DNA from: Candidatus Latescibacterota bacterium
GTDB taxonomy: Bacteria > Latescibacterota > UBA2968
Direction: 5' to 3'
Assembly (NCBI GenBank): GCA_965204375.1
Contig: OZ241986.1
Location: 3,104,001 to 3,168,000, forward strand
Length of the DNA stretch: 64,000 nucleotides
The position numbers were made by a program, and so were the translations under genes. Every line of letters starts with the position of its first letter. Positions within the stretch are counted from its first letter, which is position 1. This document shows, piece by piece, positions 1-8,681 of the stretch. Under the pieces are notes generated by a model. It was not told the origin of the DNA and searched no databases. It saw only the letters and a list, made by a program, of their open reading frames with translations.

Positions 1-558
1 TTGCAAGAGGAACCTACCTGCTCCAGATGGCAACTTCTCGCGCTCTTCCTCCGGTAGATAAAGTTCAAGAGCCATACCAATGAAATGCGCCATACCAGGA
101 CCTGTTCTGCGATCTTCATCTTCTGCAGTCCTGGGGATCAACTCGCAACCCATACGCTTCAGGCAGGCTGATATCTCGGGATCCGCTTTTCCAAACAGAG
201 GTATATTGCCTGGACCAAGATGCGATAGTCCAAACCTCTCTCGATTCAATGTTGACAGTTCCTTATCGGCAGCAAGTCGTGCTGTGCAACAATCAATCAC
301 AACGCAATCAGATTTGGCATGCTCATTGATTTTCTGAATCCATTTGCCAAGTGCCCAGACGGGAATAGCTAAAAAAATGACATCTGCCGCAGAAAGACTC
401 TCAGTATTGTTGCTTGACTGCCACGCTCTAACATCAGCCAGTTCAGAGCTTATATCGCGACTTGAAATAACCTCGACCTGGAATTGATCTGCAAATGCAT
501 TTACTGCCTGCTTTCCCATTCTGCCGAAACCGATTATGCAAAGTCTCTTCCTTGCCAT
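1..558 (-). CDS. Prephenate/arogenate dehydrogenase-like NAD(P)-binding protein, 3' end outside the window
   Basis: Not in the ORF track. Manual translation from the ATG at 558 gives MARKRLCIIGFGRMGK (Rossmann GxGxxG) ...ADVIFLAIPV...VVIDCCT...AHFIG, open to the window edge. The start overlaps the upstream stop (TAATG). Confidence 0.65.
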   Translation of the reverse strand, partial: MARKRLCIIGFGRMGKQAVNAFADQFQVEVISSRDISSELADVRAWQSSNNTESLSAADVIFLAIPVWALGKWIQKINEHAKSDCVVIDCCTARLAADKELSTLNRERFGLSHLGPGNIPLFGKADPEISACLKRMGCELIPRTAEDEDRRTGPGMAHFIGMALELYLPEEEREKLPSGAGRFLLQ

Positions 559-1277
559 TACAAATGACTTCCTTTATATGAACTTCTGCTCGCCTGCTTG
601 ATCCAGTTGGGAAGGTGCAAAACCAGACCATTCATCATCTTCTCTGTGTTTTCTACATAAATCTGCACATTGCCTTCATAAGCTTCTCCACCCTCAGCCC
701 CCACCAAATCTGTAACCCCACGTAAAATGAGACATCTAACCTGATTTCGGTTTGCTACCCAGGCAATTGCACCCGATTCCCAATCTCCTGCTACTGCACC
801 GTATTTGGACTTCAAATATGAAATATCTTCTGCCATTAGATCGCGGTCTGCTGATACGAGAACAGTTCTCAACACGGGATGGGGATATGGCTCACTCAAC
901 CACGAAAGATCAATCTCAGTTGTATAATCTCTGATCGCTTCCTCTGTATCCAACATCTGCTCGACAATATCATAGACAACCGTCCGCTCAACCAGCACAA
1001 TCGTATTCTTCTCAACCCCGCCTTCAAACCCACCGCAAGTCCCCAAATTCACCACGAGATTTGGATCCCATCGGTCAATAGCATACTGCGCTGATGCAGC
1101 AGCAGAAATCTTACCCCATCCTCCGTAAAAAAATATGACTGGCTGTTGCCCACCTTTAGTGTCAAGGTGCGTCTCAAACCATTGTCCATAAGGAGATGCT
1201 TGTAGATCAGCATCGGAAAAAATTCTCCCGATAGCATCCCATTCAATATTGGCTGAAATGATCACAACAACAAACAT
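558..1277 (-). CDS. 5'-methylthioadenosine/S-adenosylhomocysteine nucleosidase family (PNP_UDP_1)
   Basis: GWGKISAA, VVNLGTCGG, DWESGAIA and LRGVTD motifs. Confidence 0.8.
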   Translation of the reverse strand: MFVVVIISANIEWDAIGRIFSDADLQASPYGQWFETHLDTKGGQQPVIFFYGGWGKISAAASAQYAIDRWDPNLVVNLGTCGGFEGGVEKNTIVLVERTVVYDIVEQMLDTEEAIRDYTTEIDLSWLSEPYPHPVLRTVLVSADRDLMAEDISYLKSKYGAVAGDWESGAIAWVANRNQVRCLILRGVTDLVGAEGGEAYEGNVQIYVENTEKMMNGLVLHLPNWIKQASRSSYKGSHL

Positions 1278-1342
1278 AGACTAAACCCTTGGAATAGCCT
1301 CAAAATATTGAAGACATCAATCTGCAAATTGGGATTCAATTT

Positions 1343-2005
1343 TCAGTCTCCAACTTTTTTCCAAACATTGGCTGCATACATTAAGCCTATTTCGGGACTA
1401 CTAAGGATTGGAACTGAAATTTCCGGGCACAAATTTACGGCTCCCGACATAGAGGCTTGTGCCAATACAATAACATCTCCTTCAGATGCTCTGTCTTTTA
1501 TATTTCGGGCTATTTCACTAAAATATCCTTTGTGGTCTCCCGTCTCAAATCTGCTCCAAGCATTATCACAAAAAACCTCAATAAGCTCAACGCGATTTTG
1601 ACGTGCTTTTGCGGTTTCAAGAATAAGGTCACGAGTTGGAGCGATTGTACTCTCAAGTGCGGCAGCAACAATAATCCGAGAACCTATTTCGACTGCTTTC
1701 TCAGCCATAGGTCTATCAATTCGAACAATGACACCATCTGTCAGATTATTTACTTTTTCCGCACTTGCTCCAATTGTAGAACAGGTGCAGAGTATCACGG
1801 TTGCGCCTTTTTTTCTCGCGGAGAGAATACAATCCCGAATACGTTCATCCAAATTTTGAGTAATTCCTTTGTCACGGGCCTCTGTCAGAAATTGCTCTTC
1901 TATAATATGTCTAACGGGTAATTCTAAAGAAGCTTCCTCTATAAGCCGATTAAAAGTATCGACATGCACTGGTGAAGTGTGAAGAAAAGCCAAATGGGAT
2001 TGCAT
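1343..2005 (-). CDS. Asp/Glu/hydantoin racemase-like protein
   Basis: LHTSPVHV, LCTCSTIG, RIDRPMA, VLAQASM, PILSSP motifs. Start taken at ATG 2005 (the track extends to 2044). Confidence 0.7.
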   Translation of the reverse strand: MQSHLAFLHTSPVHVDTFNRLIEEASLELPVRHIIEEQFLTEARDKGITQNLDERIRDCILSARKKGATVILCTCSTIGASAEKVNNLTDGVIVRIDRPMAEKAVEIGSRIIVAAALESTIAPTRDLILETAKARQNRVELIEVFCDNAWSRFETGDHKGYFSEIARNIKDRASEGDVIVLAQASMSGAVNLCPEISVPILSSPEIGLMYAANVWKKVGD

Positions 2006-2020
2006 GAAATGACGCCCTTT

Positions 2021-2091
2021 CTCCGATAGATGGCGTTTTACCACAGAAATTCTACTACTCTTGTGACAATTTTAGCGGCAAAATGGTTTCT
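2021..2091. repeat. Repeat A copy 1: diverged copy of the ridA leader at 9876-9946
   Basis: Ungapped manual alignment, 58/71 identical. Confidence 0.9.
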
Positions 2092-2132
2092 ATATTACAA
2101 AACAGGTCCACGAACAGTGTGGCCTGGTTTAC

Positions 2133-3161
2133 TCAGCCCACGTCATGCAGGCTCTCGATATCGGAAACCGCTGCACCCAGGAATTCAGGTGTCTTGGGAT
2201 GTAGAAGGCGACCGCAGTCCCAGAAAAACCTTATCCACCGGAGATTCGCGACAATTGATAGGATCTTCTCCTCTACAGGCGATAGTTCCGTAAGGGGCTT
2301 TTTGATAACGGCATTATAGGAAGATCGAAAAGCATCAACGTACCCGGGTTCGAAATGCTCTGAACCCGGCCTGGTCACATATTCCCCTTCAGCTTGCCGC
2401 AGATCATGGGCCGCCGTCCCCCAGCCAGCCGACTGGAAGTCATGGACATTTGAAATACGCAGGGCGTTGCCGTTCTCCACGAGCACATTGTGGAGTCCTG
2501 CTTCGCCCCACAAGAAGACGTTGCTGCCTTGCACCCTGACTTCGGGCACCAAGTCCGTGGCGACCAATAGCCTGCCCCAGAGTTCCGGCAGGGTTACCGC
2601 CATGGAAGAAGCCAACACCTCGTCTCCAAACATTGCTTCCCGGATCGTCCCTTCCCAAGACGCAAGATCTCTCTCCGTCTGTGATTGAAGTTCGTCTGGA
2701 CACTGTTGGCTGTGAATATGTGCCACTGTTTGTCCCAGTAGTGCGCCCAACTGCAACCGCTGTGCTCGAGATGCGTCCAGGTAGTAACCGAGTCCCGACT
2801 CACCCGGCTCGCCCGGGATCAAAAGACATTCAAAGACAAGTGGTTCACCATCGCCATCGTACACCAGAGATTCAGACACCGGAACACCGGCAGCGGCGCG
2901 CAATGCCTTTGTGGCGACGAACTCGATTTTCAAACTGAAGCCAGGGGATTGGCGAAACTGTATCTTCAAGATCACCCATCCGTGGACGCGAGTCTCCACC
3001 AGAAAAATCTGATTTGTGAAATTAGTCTCCAGGTGCCTGATCGACCGGGACGAACTGAAATCATGTTTCTCGAAAAGCGCATCAATCTGTGCGCGGGTTA
3101 CATCTGGCTTATCGCGGAATAGAGTTCGAATATCCTTCATACTGGCGAGTCTTGTTACCAT
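2133..3161 (-). CDS. Aminoglycoside phosphotransferase / choline kinase-like protein
   Basis: Kinase-like layout: VILK, AHIHS, degenerate Brenner motif WGEAGLHNVLV, HDFQSA. The usual catalytic HGD is altered to WGE. Confidence 0.65.
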   Translation of the reverse strand: MVTRLASMKDIRTLFRDKPDVTRAQIDALFEKHDFSSSRSIRHLETNFTNQIFLVETRVHGWVILKIQFRQSPGFSLKIEFVATKALRAAAGVPVSESLVYDGDGEPLVFECLLIPGEPGESGLGYYLDASRAQRLQLGALLGQTVAHIHSQQCPDELQSQTERDLASWEGTIREAMFGDEVLASSMAVTLPELWGRLLVATDLVPEVRVQGSNVFLWGEAGLHNVLVENGNALRISNVHDFQSAGWGTAAHDLRQAEGEYVTRPGSEHFEPGYVDAFRSSYNAVIKKPLTELSPVEEKILSIVANLRWIRFFWDCGRLLHPKTPEFLGAAVSDIESLHDVG

Positions 3162-3162
3162 G

Positions 3163-3207
3163 CGGAAATGATTCCAAAAACTCCAATTGTGAACACAATC
3201 AAATTCC
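3163..3207 (-). pseudogene. 45-bp remnant of a NUDIX gene 5' end (copy of 6761-6805)
   Basis: 40/45 identical. Encodes (L)IVFTIGVFGIIS versus (L)TVFTIGVFGIIT in the intact gene. Confidence 0.85.
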
Positions 3208-3497
3208 TAAGAAATATGGATATCCACACCGTATAGCCGTAATCCCAACTTTTCTGCGACGCGTTGAGAGGCTCTATTATCCCAAGAAGTACTATAAAGA
3301 GGAAGCTGACAGAGCGCTTCTGGTATGTCATAGCGAAAACGCACGACCGAACCGCAACGAGTTCGTCCTATGAAAACAACAGGGGCAGGATGGTCCTCTG
3401 GTCGATACGGTTCATTTATGAATCGGAGGCGTCCTTCATCATCATGGACAAAGAGCGTATCAACCTGAATTTTCATGAGTGATAAGTCAGAAATCAT
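3207..3497 (-). pseudogene. GNAT-family acetyltransferase with an apparent in-frame internal deletion
   Basis: The N-terminal region (LFVHDDEGRLRFINEP...GRTRCGSVVRFR) joins directly to the GNAT C-terminal motif (PLYSTSWDNRASQRVAEKLG). Only 96 aa, with no acetyl-CoA motif A. Confidence 0.6.
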
Positions 3498-3928
3498 AGA
3501 TTAGAGTCACGCGATCGTATCAGAGTATCTACCCCGTATTTTCCCGAGCCGATAACTACAAACATCCCTGTAATAACCAGGTACAGAAATGCCATCTCCT
3601 TCGTGCTGAATGGATCCGCTGCGTGTTGTAAGAACCCGGCCACCAGCATGGTAGAACAGATCAAAAACGCCCCTGGCCGCGTGAGTAATCCCAGTGCCAA
3701 CAATAGCCCGCCGCCAAACTCCGAAAAGGCTGCCATCCAGGCAAAAAACTCGGGCAAGGGAAACCCCAAATTTTCTATAACGGCCACAAACCGTTCGGAA
3801 GGGGGGATCTTCCCCAATCCATGTCCCAATGCCATACTCAACCCTACAAACACCCTGAGAATCGCCAACCCGACATTTGCCGGGATTGACTCAATAACTG
3901 CTCCGCCAAATACAAGTCGCTTAATCAT
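3494..3928 (-). CDS. DoxX family membrane protein
   Basis: LRVFVGLSMALGHGLGK, EFGGGLLLALGLLTR, GSGKYGVD. Confidence 0.9.
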   Translation of the reverse strand: MIKRLVFGGAVIESIPANVGLAILRVFVGLSMALGHGLGKIPPSERFVAVIENLGFPLPEFFAWMAAFSEFGGGLLLALGLLTRPGAFLICSTMLVAGFLQHAADPFSTKEMAFLYLVITGMFVVIGSGKYGVDTLIRSRDSNL

Positions 3929-3965
3929 AACCTACCTCCCTATTGTGATTTACAGACGTCGTCAT

Positions 3966-4709
3966 TTACTCAGAGAGTTCAATAGCATCTCTAAATATCG
4001 CTGCTGTAGTCGATATGACCTCATCCCAAAGCCTGCGTCCCAACTCGGCACTCGCTCTGGTCGCGTCACCGATAACACCAGTATCTGAGTATTGCGTGAA
4101 ATCGAGATGCGGATCATCCCAATTCACTTCCCTTGAACGGGACGAAGGAATTCTTTCGAGCCTAACCGTAGCCGGGCGTCGATACATCGCAATCGAAGTC
4201 GTGAAACTATCGGCGTGACCACCTGGAACGCTGGGATCAGCTACACGGCACCAAATGTCGTGATATGGTAGGGGCGGAAGGCAAGCTTTGCATCCTGGAT
4301 GAAATTTCGCGTTGAACCTGTCCACCGCCTCCTGAAGTCGATGCTCGCCGCAGCCCCGCCAGACAACAATAGTCCCAAAGCCCTGTTCTGCCAGCGATTC
4401 AAGGACAAAATAGACACACGCTTCATGAACAACGTGCGGGATGTTGACATATCCCGAGCCAAAGCCCCGATGTTCGGGTGTGGGTCCAAATGGCATGGCT
4501 GGCAAAACCAGAGCACGTACATAGTGACAGCGTGCGGCATGCTGCGCAGCCTCCAAAGCAACGGCTTCCGCAAACCATGTATCGAAATCTACTGGCAAAT
4601 GCGGACCCTGTTGCTCGGTGCATCCCGTGGGTACAATCGCCAGGCACCCAGTGTCAACCAGATCCTTGATTTCTAAGTACGTATAATCAGTAAATTTATG
4701 GGAGTCCAT
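3966..4709 (-). CDS. Creatininase family amidohydrolase
   Basis: PTGCTEQQGPHLPVDFD, GGHADSFTTS, GVIGDATRASAELG. Confidence 0.85.
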   Translation of the reverse strand: MDSHKFTDYTYLEIKDLVDTGCLAIVPTGCTEQQGPHLPVDFDTWFAEAVALEAAQHAARCHYVRALVLPAMPFGPTPEHRGFGSGYVNIPHVVHEACVYFVLESLAEQGFGTIVVWRGCGEHRLQEAVDRFNAKFHPGCKACLPPLPYHDIWCRVADPSVPGGHADSFTTSIAMYRRPATVRLERIPSSRSREVNWDDPHLDFTQYSDTGVIGDATRASAELGRRLWDEVISTTAAIFRDAIELSE

Positions 4710-4714
4710 TTTGA

Positions 4715-4741
4715 AATGACAATACGATCTAATTCTTTTCT
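4715..4741 (-). pseudogene. Remnant of a NUDIX gene interior (copy of 6562-6588)
   Basis: 25/27 identical. Reads EKN*IVLS versus DKNEIVLS. Confidence 0.75.
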
Positions 4742-4772
4742 ATTTTATAGCCGAGGCGCATTTCGCTTTCAA

Positions 4773-5048
4773 TTATCCCACCGAAAAATGCAATTTCTTT
4801 CCAACTGCCTTTGCATACTTTCCCAAAGTTGACAGCCTGATGTCTTTTGCATGGTTTTCTATTCTTGAAATCGCAGATTTCTTGGTATTCAGTTTCTGTG
4901 CCACCTCTTCCTGGGTTAGACCCGCCTCTTCTCGAGCTTGTCGGAGGAGGACACCGATCTTAAATTCCAAATAACCAGCTTCGTAATTCTCGGCAAATTC
5001 GGGATCTCTTGCCTTGCGTTTCTCAACATACTTTTTTAAATCGCTCAT
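4773..5048 (-). CDS. higA: XRE-family HTH antitoxin (HigA-like)
   Basis: [31 protein letters not shown]. Directly downstream of and overlapping the RelE-like toxin. Confidence 0.85.
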   Translation of the reverse strand: MSDLKKYVEKRKARDPEFAENYEAGYLEFKIGVLLRQAREEAGLTQEEVAQKLNTKKSAISRIENHAKDIRLSTLGKYAKAVGKKLHFSVG

Positions 5049-5395
5049 CGATTTTTCCTCCTGAAATAATCTCGTTTTCTCTGCTCTGCCAGACGGATAT
5101 CTGACCTTGGAATCTTCTGTGTTTTCTTGGCAAAGGCATGGTTGAGAACCACCAACTGTGGACCATCAAAAAATGACAGGAGTCTAAACGTATCCCTACC
5201 AACATTGACACGAACCTCCCAGATGTCATCCGTACCGACCAGTTTCTTGAAGTATTGTTGGGGAACAATCTCCAATTCCTCAATCAATCCCAATGTCCAA
5301 GTGGCTTTAGCACCTTGTCTCGCAGTCAGAGAATCCAAAAATTGTTCGACGGGACAATGCCCTGACGCTGTACGATAAAAGGTAATTTCTCTCAT
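5045..5395 (-). CDS. higB: RelE/ParE-superfamily toxin (HigB/Gp49-like)
   Basis: [27 protein letters not shown]. Toxin-before-antitoxin order. Start taken at ATG 5395. Confidence 0.85.
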   Translation of the reverse strand: MREITFYRTASGHCPVEQFLDSLTARQGAKATWTLGLIEELEIVPQQYFKKLVGTDDIWEVRVNVGRDTFRLLSFFDGPQLVVLNHAFAKKTQKIPRSDIRLAEQRKRDYFRRKNR

Positions 5396-5402
5396 ATTTA
5401 AA

Positions 5403-5420
5403 GTTAACGAATATGTTACC
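5403..5420. promoter_or_regulatory. Imperfect inverted repeat, probable HigA operator
   Basis: GTTAAC-gaatat-GTTACC immediately upstream of the toxin ATG. Confidence 0.45.
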
Positions 5421-5459
5421 AAAAACAAGCAAAATAACGCCAAATAGCCCTTGTTTCAA

Positions 5460-5498
5460 TTCGTGTTAAACCTGTCCACCGCTTCATGAAATCAATGC
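5460..5498 (-). pseudogene. Remnant of a creatininase gene interior (copy of 4306-4344)
   Basis: 33/39 identical. Reads HEAVDRFNT versus QEAVDRFNA. Overlaps the stop codon of the upstream methyltransferase. Confidence 0.8.
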
Positions 5499-6275
5499 AG
5501 CGACCGTTAGCCAGACCGGCAATCCCGCACGAGGATTCGTCCTCCAATCCAGCAACGATTCATCGGTTTCGGACGCATCATTGCTTCCTCGCCAAAAATC
5601 GGAATCTCGAGCCGGACTTTCGAGAACTTTCTTGACTATCAATCCAGCTTGTACCAGCGGATTGAGCAAGTCCGCCAGAGTCCAGTTAAACACATACGAT
5701 CCGTCTGCCTCTTGAAATGGCCCGGTTTCCCAATAAGGCTTCTCCATTTCAAGAGGCATGACCTGATCTTTCCATGGGCGCATGAAAGGATGAATGTCGT
5801 AAAAGATGTATGCTCCTCCTGGCTTCAGGATTCTCGAAACCTCGCAAAATATTCCGGAGAGATCAGCGATCCACACAAAAAAACCATTTGTCGAGCATAC
5901 GAGATCAAAACTCGAATCGGCCAGCGATTCCAAACAGGCAGCATCGGAACGCACAAAATCAATCGACACACCGAGCACTTTTGCACGATCAGCCGCCAGT
6001 CTCAATCGCTCCTCAGAGATGTCTGTTGAGGTAACCTTGGCACCCAGGCTCGCAAGTGCATAGGCTGCCATATTATCTCCGCTACCAATTACACACACCT
6101 GCTTATTGCGAAGCGTGCCTACCATCTCTCGGATTATGTTAAGTGTCCCACCTTCAAATGCCAATTCAGGTTCTTTATGACATCTGTGCCAAAGGCCATC
6201 GCGATTCAGGCGTTCCTCCCAATCCGCGGCCATATTGTTCCAGAGTTGGCGGTTGGCTTCGTGAATTTTAATCAT
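5484..6275 (-). CDS. Class I SAM-dependent methyltransferase
   Basis: VCVIGSGD, TDISE, SFDLV, RILKPGG, DIHPF. Confidence 0.9.
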   Translation of the reverse strand: MIKIHEANRQLWNNMAADWEERLNRDGLWHRCHKEPELAFEGGTLNIIREMVGTLRNKQVCVIGSGDNMAAYALASLGAKVTSTDISEERLRLAADRAKVLGVSIDFVRSDAACLESLADSSFDLVCSTNGFFVWIADLSGIFCEVSRILKPGGAYIFYDIHPFMRPWKDQVMPLEMEKPYWETGPFQEADGSYVFNWTLADLLNPLVQAGLIVKKVLESPARDSDFWRGSNDASETDESLLDWRTNPRAGLPVWLTVAALIS

Positions 6276-6356
6276 AAATTTCGACCTCTCAAGTATTAAA
6301 AATGACGCTTAACATTTCTCCAGTTGCAAAACGCTCACAGGCGGTGTGTATATTTC

Positions 6357-6800
6357 TCAAATCTTTCCTTCGTTGATCAAATCAATAGCAGGAGGACCGG
6401 TTTGTATCTTGTAATAGGTCCTTGTCTTGTCCGCAAAGTAATCCTTGATGCGCTCGACCTGCTTTGGGGACGTATTGCTCGGGATACGATCTAAATGAAA
6501 GTATTCGACCTGGTCCGCCTCATCGGTGAGTTGGATTGCGCCCCCTGTAACCTGGCAGAAGAATGACAATACGATCTCATTCTTATCTGGTTTACTATAC
6601 ACCCCGCTGAGATGGACGGGCACGGCGTTCAAACCCGTTTCTTCTTCTATCTCCCGCACCAGAGCATCCCACGGACTCTCGCCTGCCTCAACACCTCCAC
6701 CGGGCAAATTCCACAAATCGAAGTCGCGTCGGTGGCACAGCAAGACGCGATCTTTGTCATCGGTAATGATTCCAAAAACTCCGATTGTGAACACGGTCAA
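6357..6800 (-). CDS. NUDIX hydrolase
   Basis: Nudix box GGGVEAGESPWDALVREIEEETGL. Confidence 0.92.
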   Translation of the reverse strand: MTVFTIGVFGIITDDKDRVLLCHRRDFDLWNLPGGGVEAGESPWDALVREIEEETGLNAVPVHLSGVYSKPDKNEIVLSFFCQVTGGAIQLTDEADQVEYFHLDRIPSNTSPKQVERIKDYFADKTRTYYKIQTGPPAIDLINEGKI

Positions 6801-6818
6801 ATCCCTTTTTTGATATTA

Positions 6819-7355
6819 TTATTCAATGCTGTCTATTCCTTTGAAATCGAGATATAAACGACTGGGTTGAATACCCGTGTTATTTTGATACTTTCCACTT
6901 TCGTAAGTCTCAAAATCGCCATCCAGAGTATGGTAGTAAATTTGGCAGATTTCCACATTTGGATAGACCCGAACAGGCTGGATACAGAACATCTCTAAAG
7001 TCCAGTAGCCCGCAAAGCCCACATCACCGAAACCTGCGGTTATGTGTACAAACAACCCCAATCTACCCACAGATGACCGCCCCTCAAGCATAGGGACATA
7101 ATTATTCGTCCTGGTAAATTCTGCTGTTCGACCGAGATAGAGCGTTTGGGGTTGTAACTCGTACCCATCATCCGGAATCTGGATGGATCGCGTGCGATTG
7201 TTCTTTTTCATATCGAGAACACCATCCTCGTATATCATAAGTTCATTAGCGAGTGAAAGATTATAACTATTTGGATTGAGCCTGGCAGGATCAAACGGCT
7301 CAATAATGATGTCCTTTCCCATTCGCTCGTGGATCATTTTTCCCGATAAAATCAT
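6819..7355 (-). CDS. dcd: dCTP deaminase (dUTPase fold)
   Basis: LNPNSYNL, EGRSSVGRLGLFVHITAGFGDVGF, GYWTLE, ICQI, GKYQ. Confidence 0.9.
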   Translation of the reverse strand: MILSGKMIHERMGKDIIIEPFDPARLNPNSYNLSLANELMIYEDGVLDMKKNNRTRSIQIPDDGYELQPQTLYLGRTAEFTRTNNYVPMLEGRSSVGRLGLFVHITAGFGDVGFAGYWTLEMFCIQPVRVYPNVEICQIYYHTLDGDFETYESGKYQNNTGIQPSRLYLDFKGIDSIE

Positions 7356-7368
7356 TACGCCCCCCTGA

Positions 7369-7845
7369 CTATTCTACTTCAGGTAAATCTCTATACATAA
7401 TATGCATAGAGTCGGTAAATCCATGCTTTCTCCAAAATGAATATCCGACGGTATTCATAGAAGCTACGCGAAGTTCAACTCTGTCTATTCCCTGAGACCG
7501 AAACCAATCCAATATCTCTTTGAGTATCAACTCTCCAAGTCCCTTTCTCCTATGTTCAGAAGAAACAGCCAAATCTTCAATAGAGCCATGGGTTTGCTTG
7601 ATAAACACAGGAGGATAGTTCCTGATTCTCGCTATTCCAAAGCCCAATACCTTTGTATTCTCCACCGCCATAATCACAAGGGCATCCTCAAGCGCGATCA
7701 GTCTTTCCAGATTCTTATCCATGCTTTCTTCTGCACCCTCAGCCAGGGTATATCTCGAATCAAACGGAACATGAAAATCCATGAGTTCTTTCCAGATTTC
7801 CAGTATAGCGGGTATATCAGAATTCAAAGCCCTAACAACTTCCAT
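7369..7845 (-). CDS. GNAT N-acetyltransferase
   Basis: IEDLAVSSEHRRKGLG, N..GYSFWRKHGF. Start at ATG 7845. Confidence 0.88.
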   Translation of the reverse strand: MEVVRALNSDIPAILEIWKELMDFHVPFDSRYTLAEGAEESMDKNLERLIALEDALVIMAVENTKVLGFGIARIRNYPPVFIKQTHGSIEDLAVSSEHRRKGLGELILKEILDWFRSQGIDRVELRVASMNTVGYSFWRKHGFTDSMHIMYRDLPEVE

Positions 7846-8677
7846 TTTCACCCTCACCAATATACGATGCGTCATTGACCATCTGCGTATATACTGCTGT
7901 TTTTGAAACCTCCGAAATCACAAAATCGAGAAAATCTATAGCCTCTTGTCTCGCATCTAATTCAATACTGTATTTCCACACCAGAGCATTTCCTACCAAA
8001 TCCCGCCATCTCTCTCCATAGTTCTCCTGCACCCATGACACAGCCATCTTCTTCGAGCCTACAACGGAGCAAATCACAGTATGCAGTATTCGACACAGAT
8101 TCAAAATAAAATACGCTTCATGGTGGCTATCCTTAAAATACGCTGGACTGGATTTTTTCGGCATCCATTCCTGAAACAAATCGCGAACGCATGCTTTTCG
8201 CACATCCTCAATATCAACCGGGGGCGACAGCTTTTTAAAGCTCGGACCAAATAGCGCGATGGAATGACCATAAAGAAAATACTTGTTAATTATCCATTCA
8301 TTCCCATAAGGTGCCTCCTCATAAAGGACACAGTCCCCACCCCAGTACCACGGTCGAGGTTCCGCTGGAGGCATAACGCATGGGAGCATATTGACAGGCG
8401 TATAAGAACACTCTAACCGCCGCGCCCATTTCTCGAATCTCCCTTCCATCTCTCTGTGCAAACGCCGAATTGAATCGAGTTCGCATCGAGAAACAGGTCG
8501 ATGCACAATCACCGTAACATCAATATCACTGCTATGGTAGTTAAACGCTCCATAGGACAACGAGCCAGTCAGATATATCCCGAGTACATTTCCCTCGAGA
8601 GCGGGAAAAACGTCTCTAACAAAAAAGTCTATGATCTCGTTTACATCGGGATACTTCGTAAGATTGCTTGTAATCAT
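7832..8677 (-). CDS. Aminoglycoside adenylyltransferase-like nucleotidyltransferase (NTase + DUF4111)
   Basis: GIYLTGSLSYG...SSDIDV (pol-beta NTase motif), YFILNLCRIL, GSKK. Start at ATG 8677. Confidence 0.82.
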   Translation of the reverse strand: MITSNLTKYPDVNEIIDFFVRDVFPALEGNVLGIYLTGSLSYGAFNYHSSDIDVTVIVHRPVSRCELDSIRRLHREMEGRFEKWARRLECSYTPVNMLPCVMPPAEPRPWYWGGDCVLYEEAPYGNEWIINKYFLYGHSIALFGPSFKKLSPPVDIEDVRKACVRDLFQEWMPKKSSPAYFKDSHHEAYFILNLCRILHTVICSVVGSKKMAVSWVQENYGERWRDLVGNALVWKYSIELDARQEAIDFLDFVISEVSKTAVYTQMVNDASYIGEGENGSC

Positions 8678-8681
8678 AGAT

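Noticed and set aside
1278-1342. Another gene remnant in this spacer
   Set aside because: Only a 10-bp match (CATCAATCTG) to the APH-like gene, which is not distinguishable from chance.
6819-7355. Anti-phage dCTP deaminase
   Set aside because: The protein has dUTPase-fold Dcd motifs, not the Zn-dependent HAE/PCxxC deaminase plus kinase layout of the defence enzymes.
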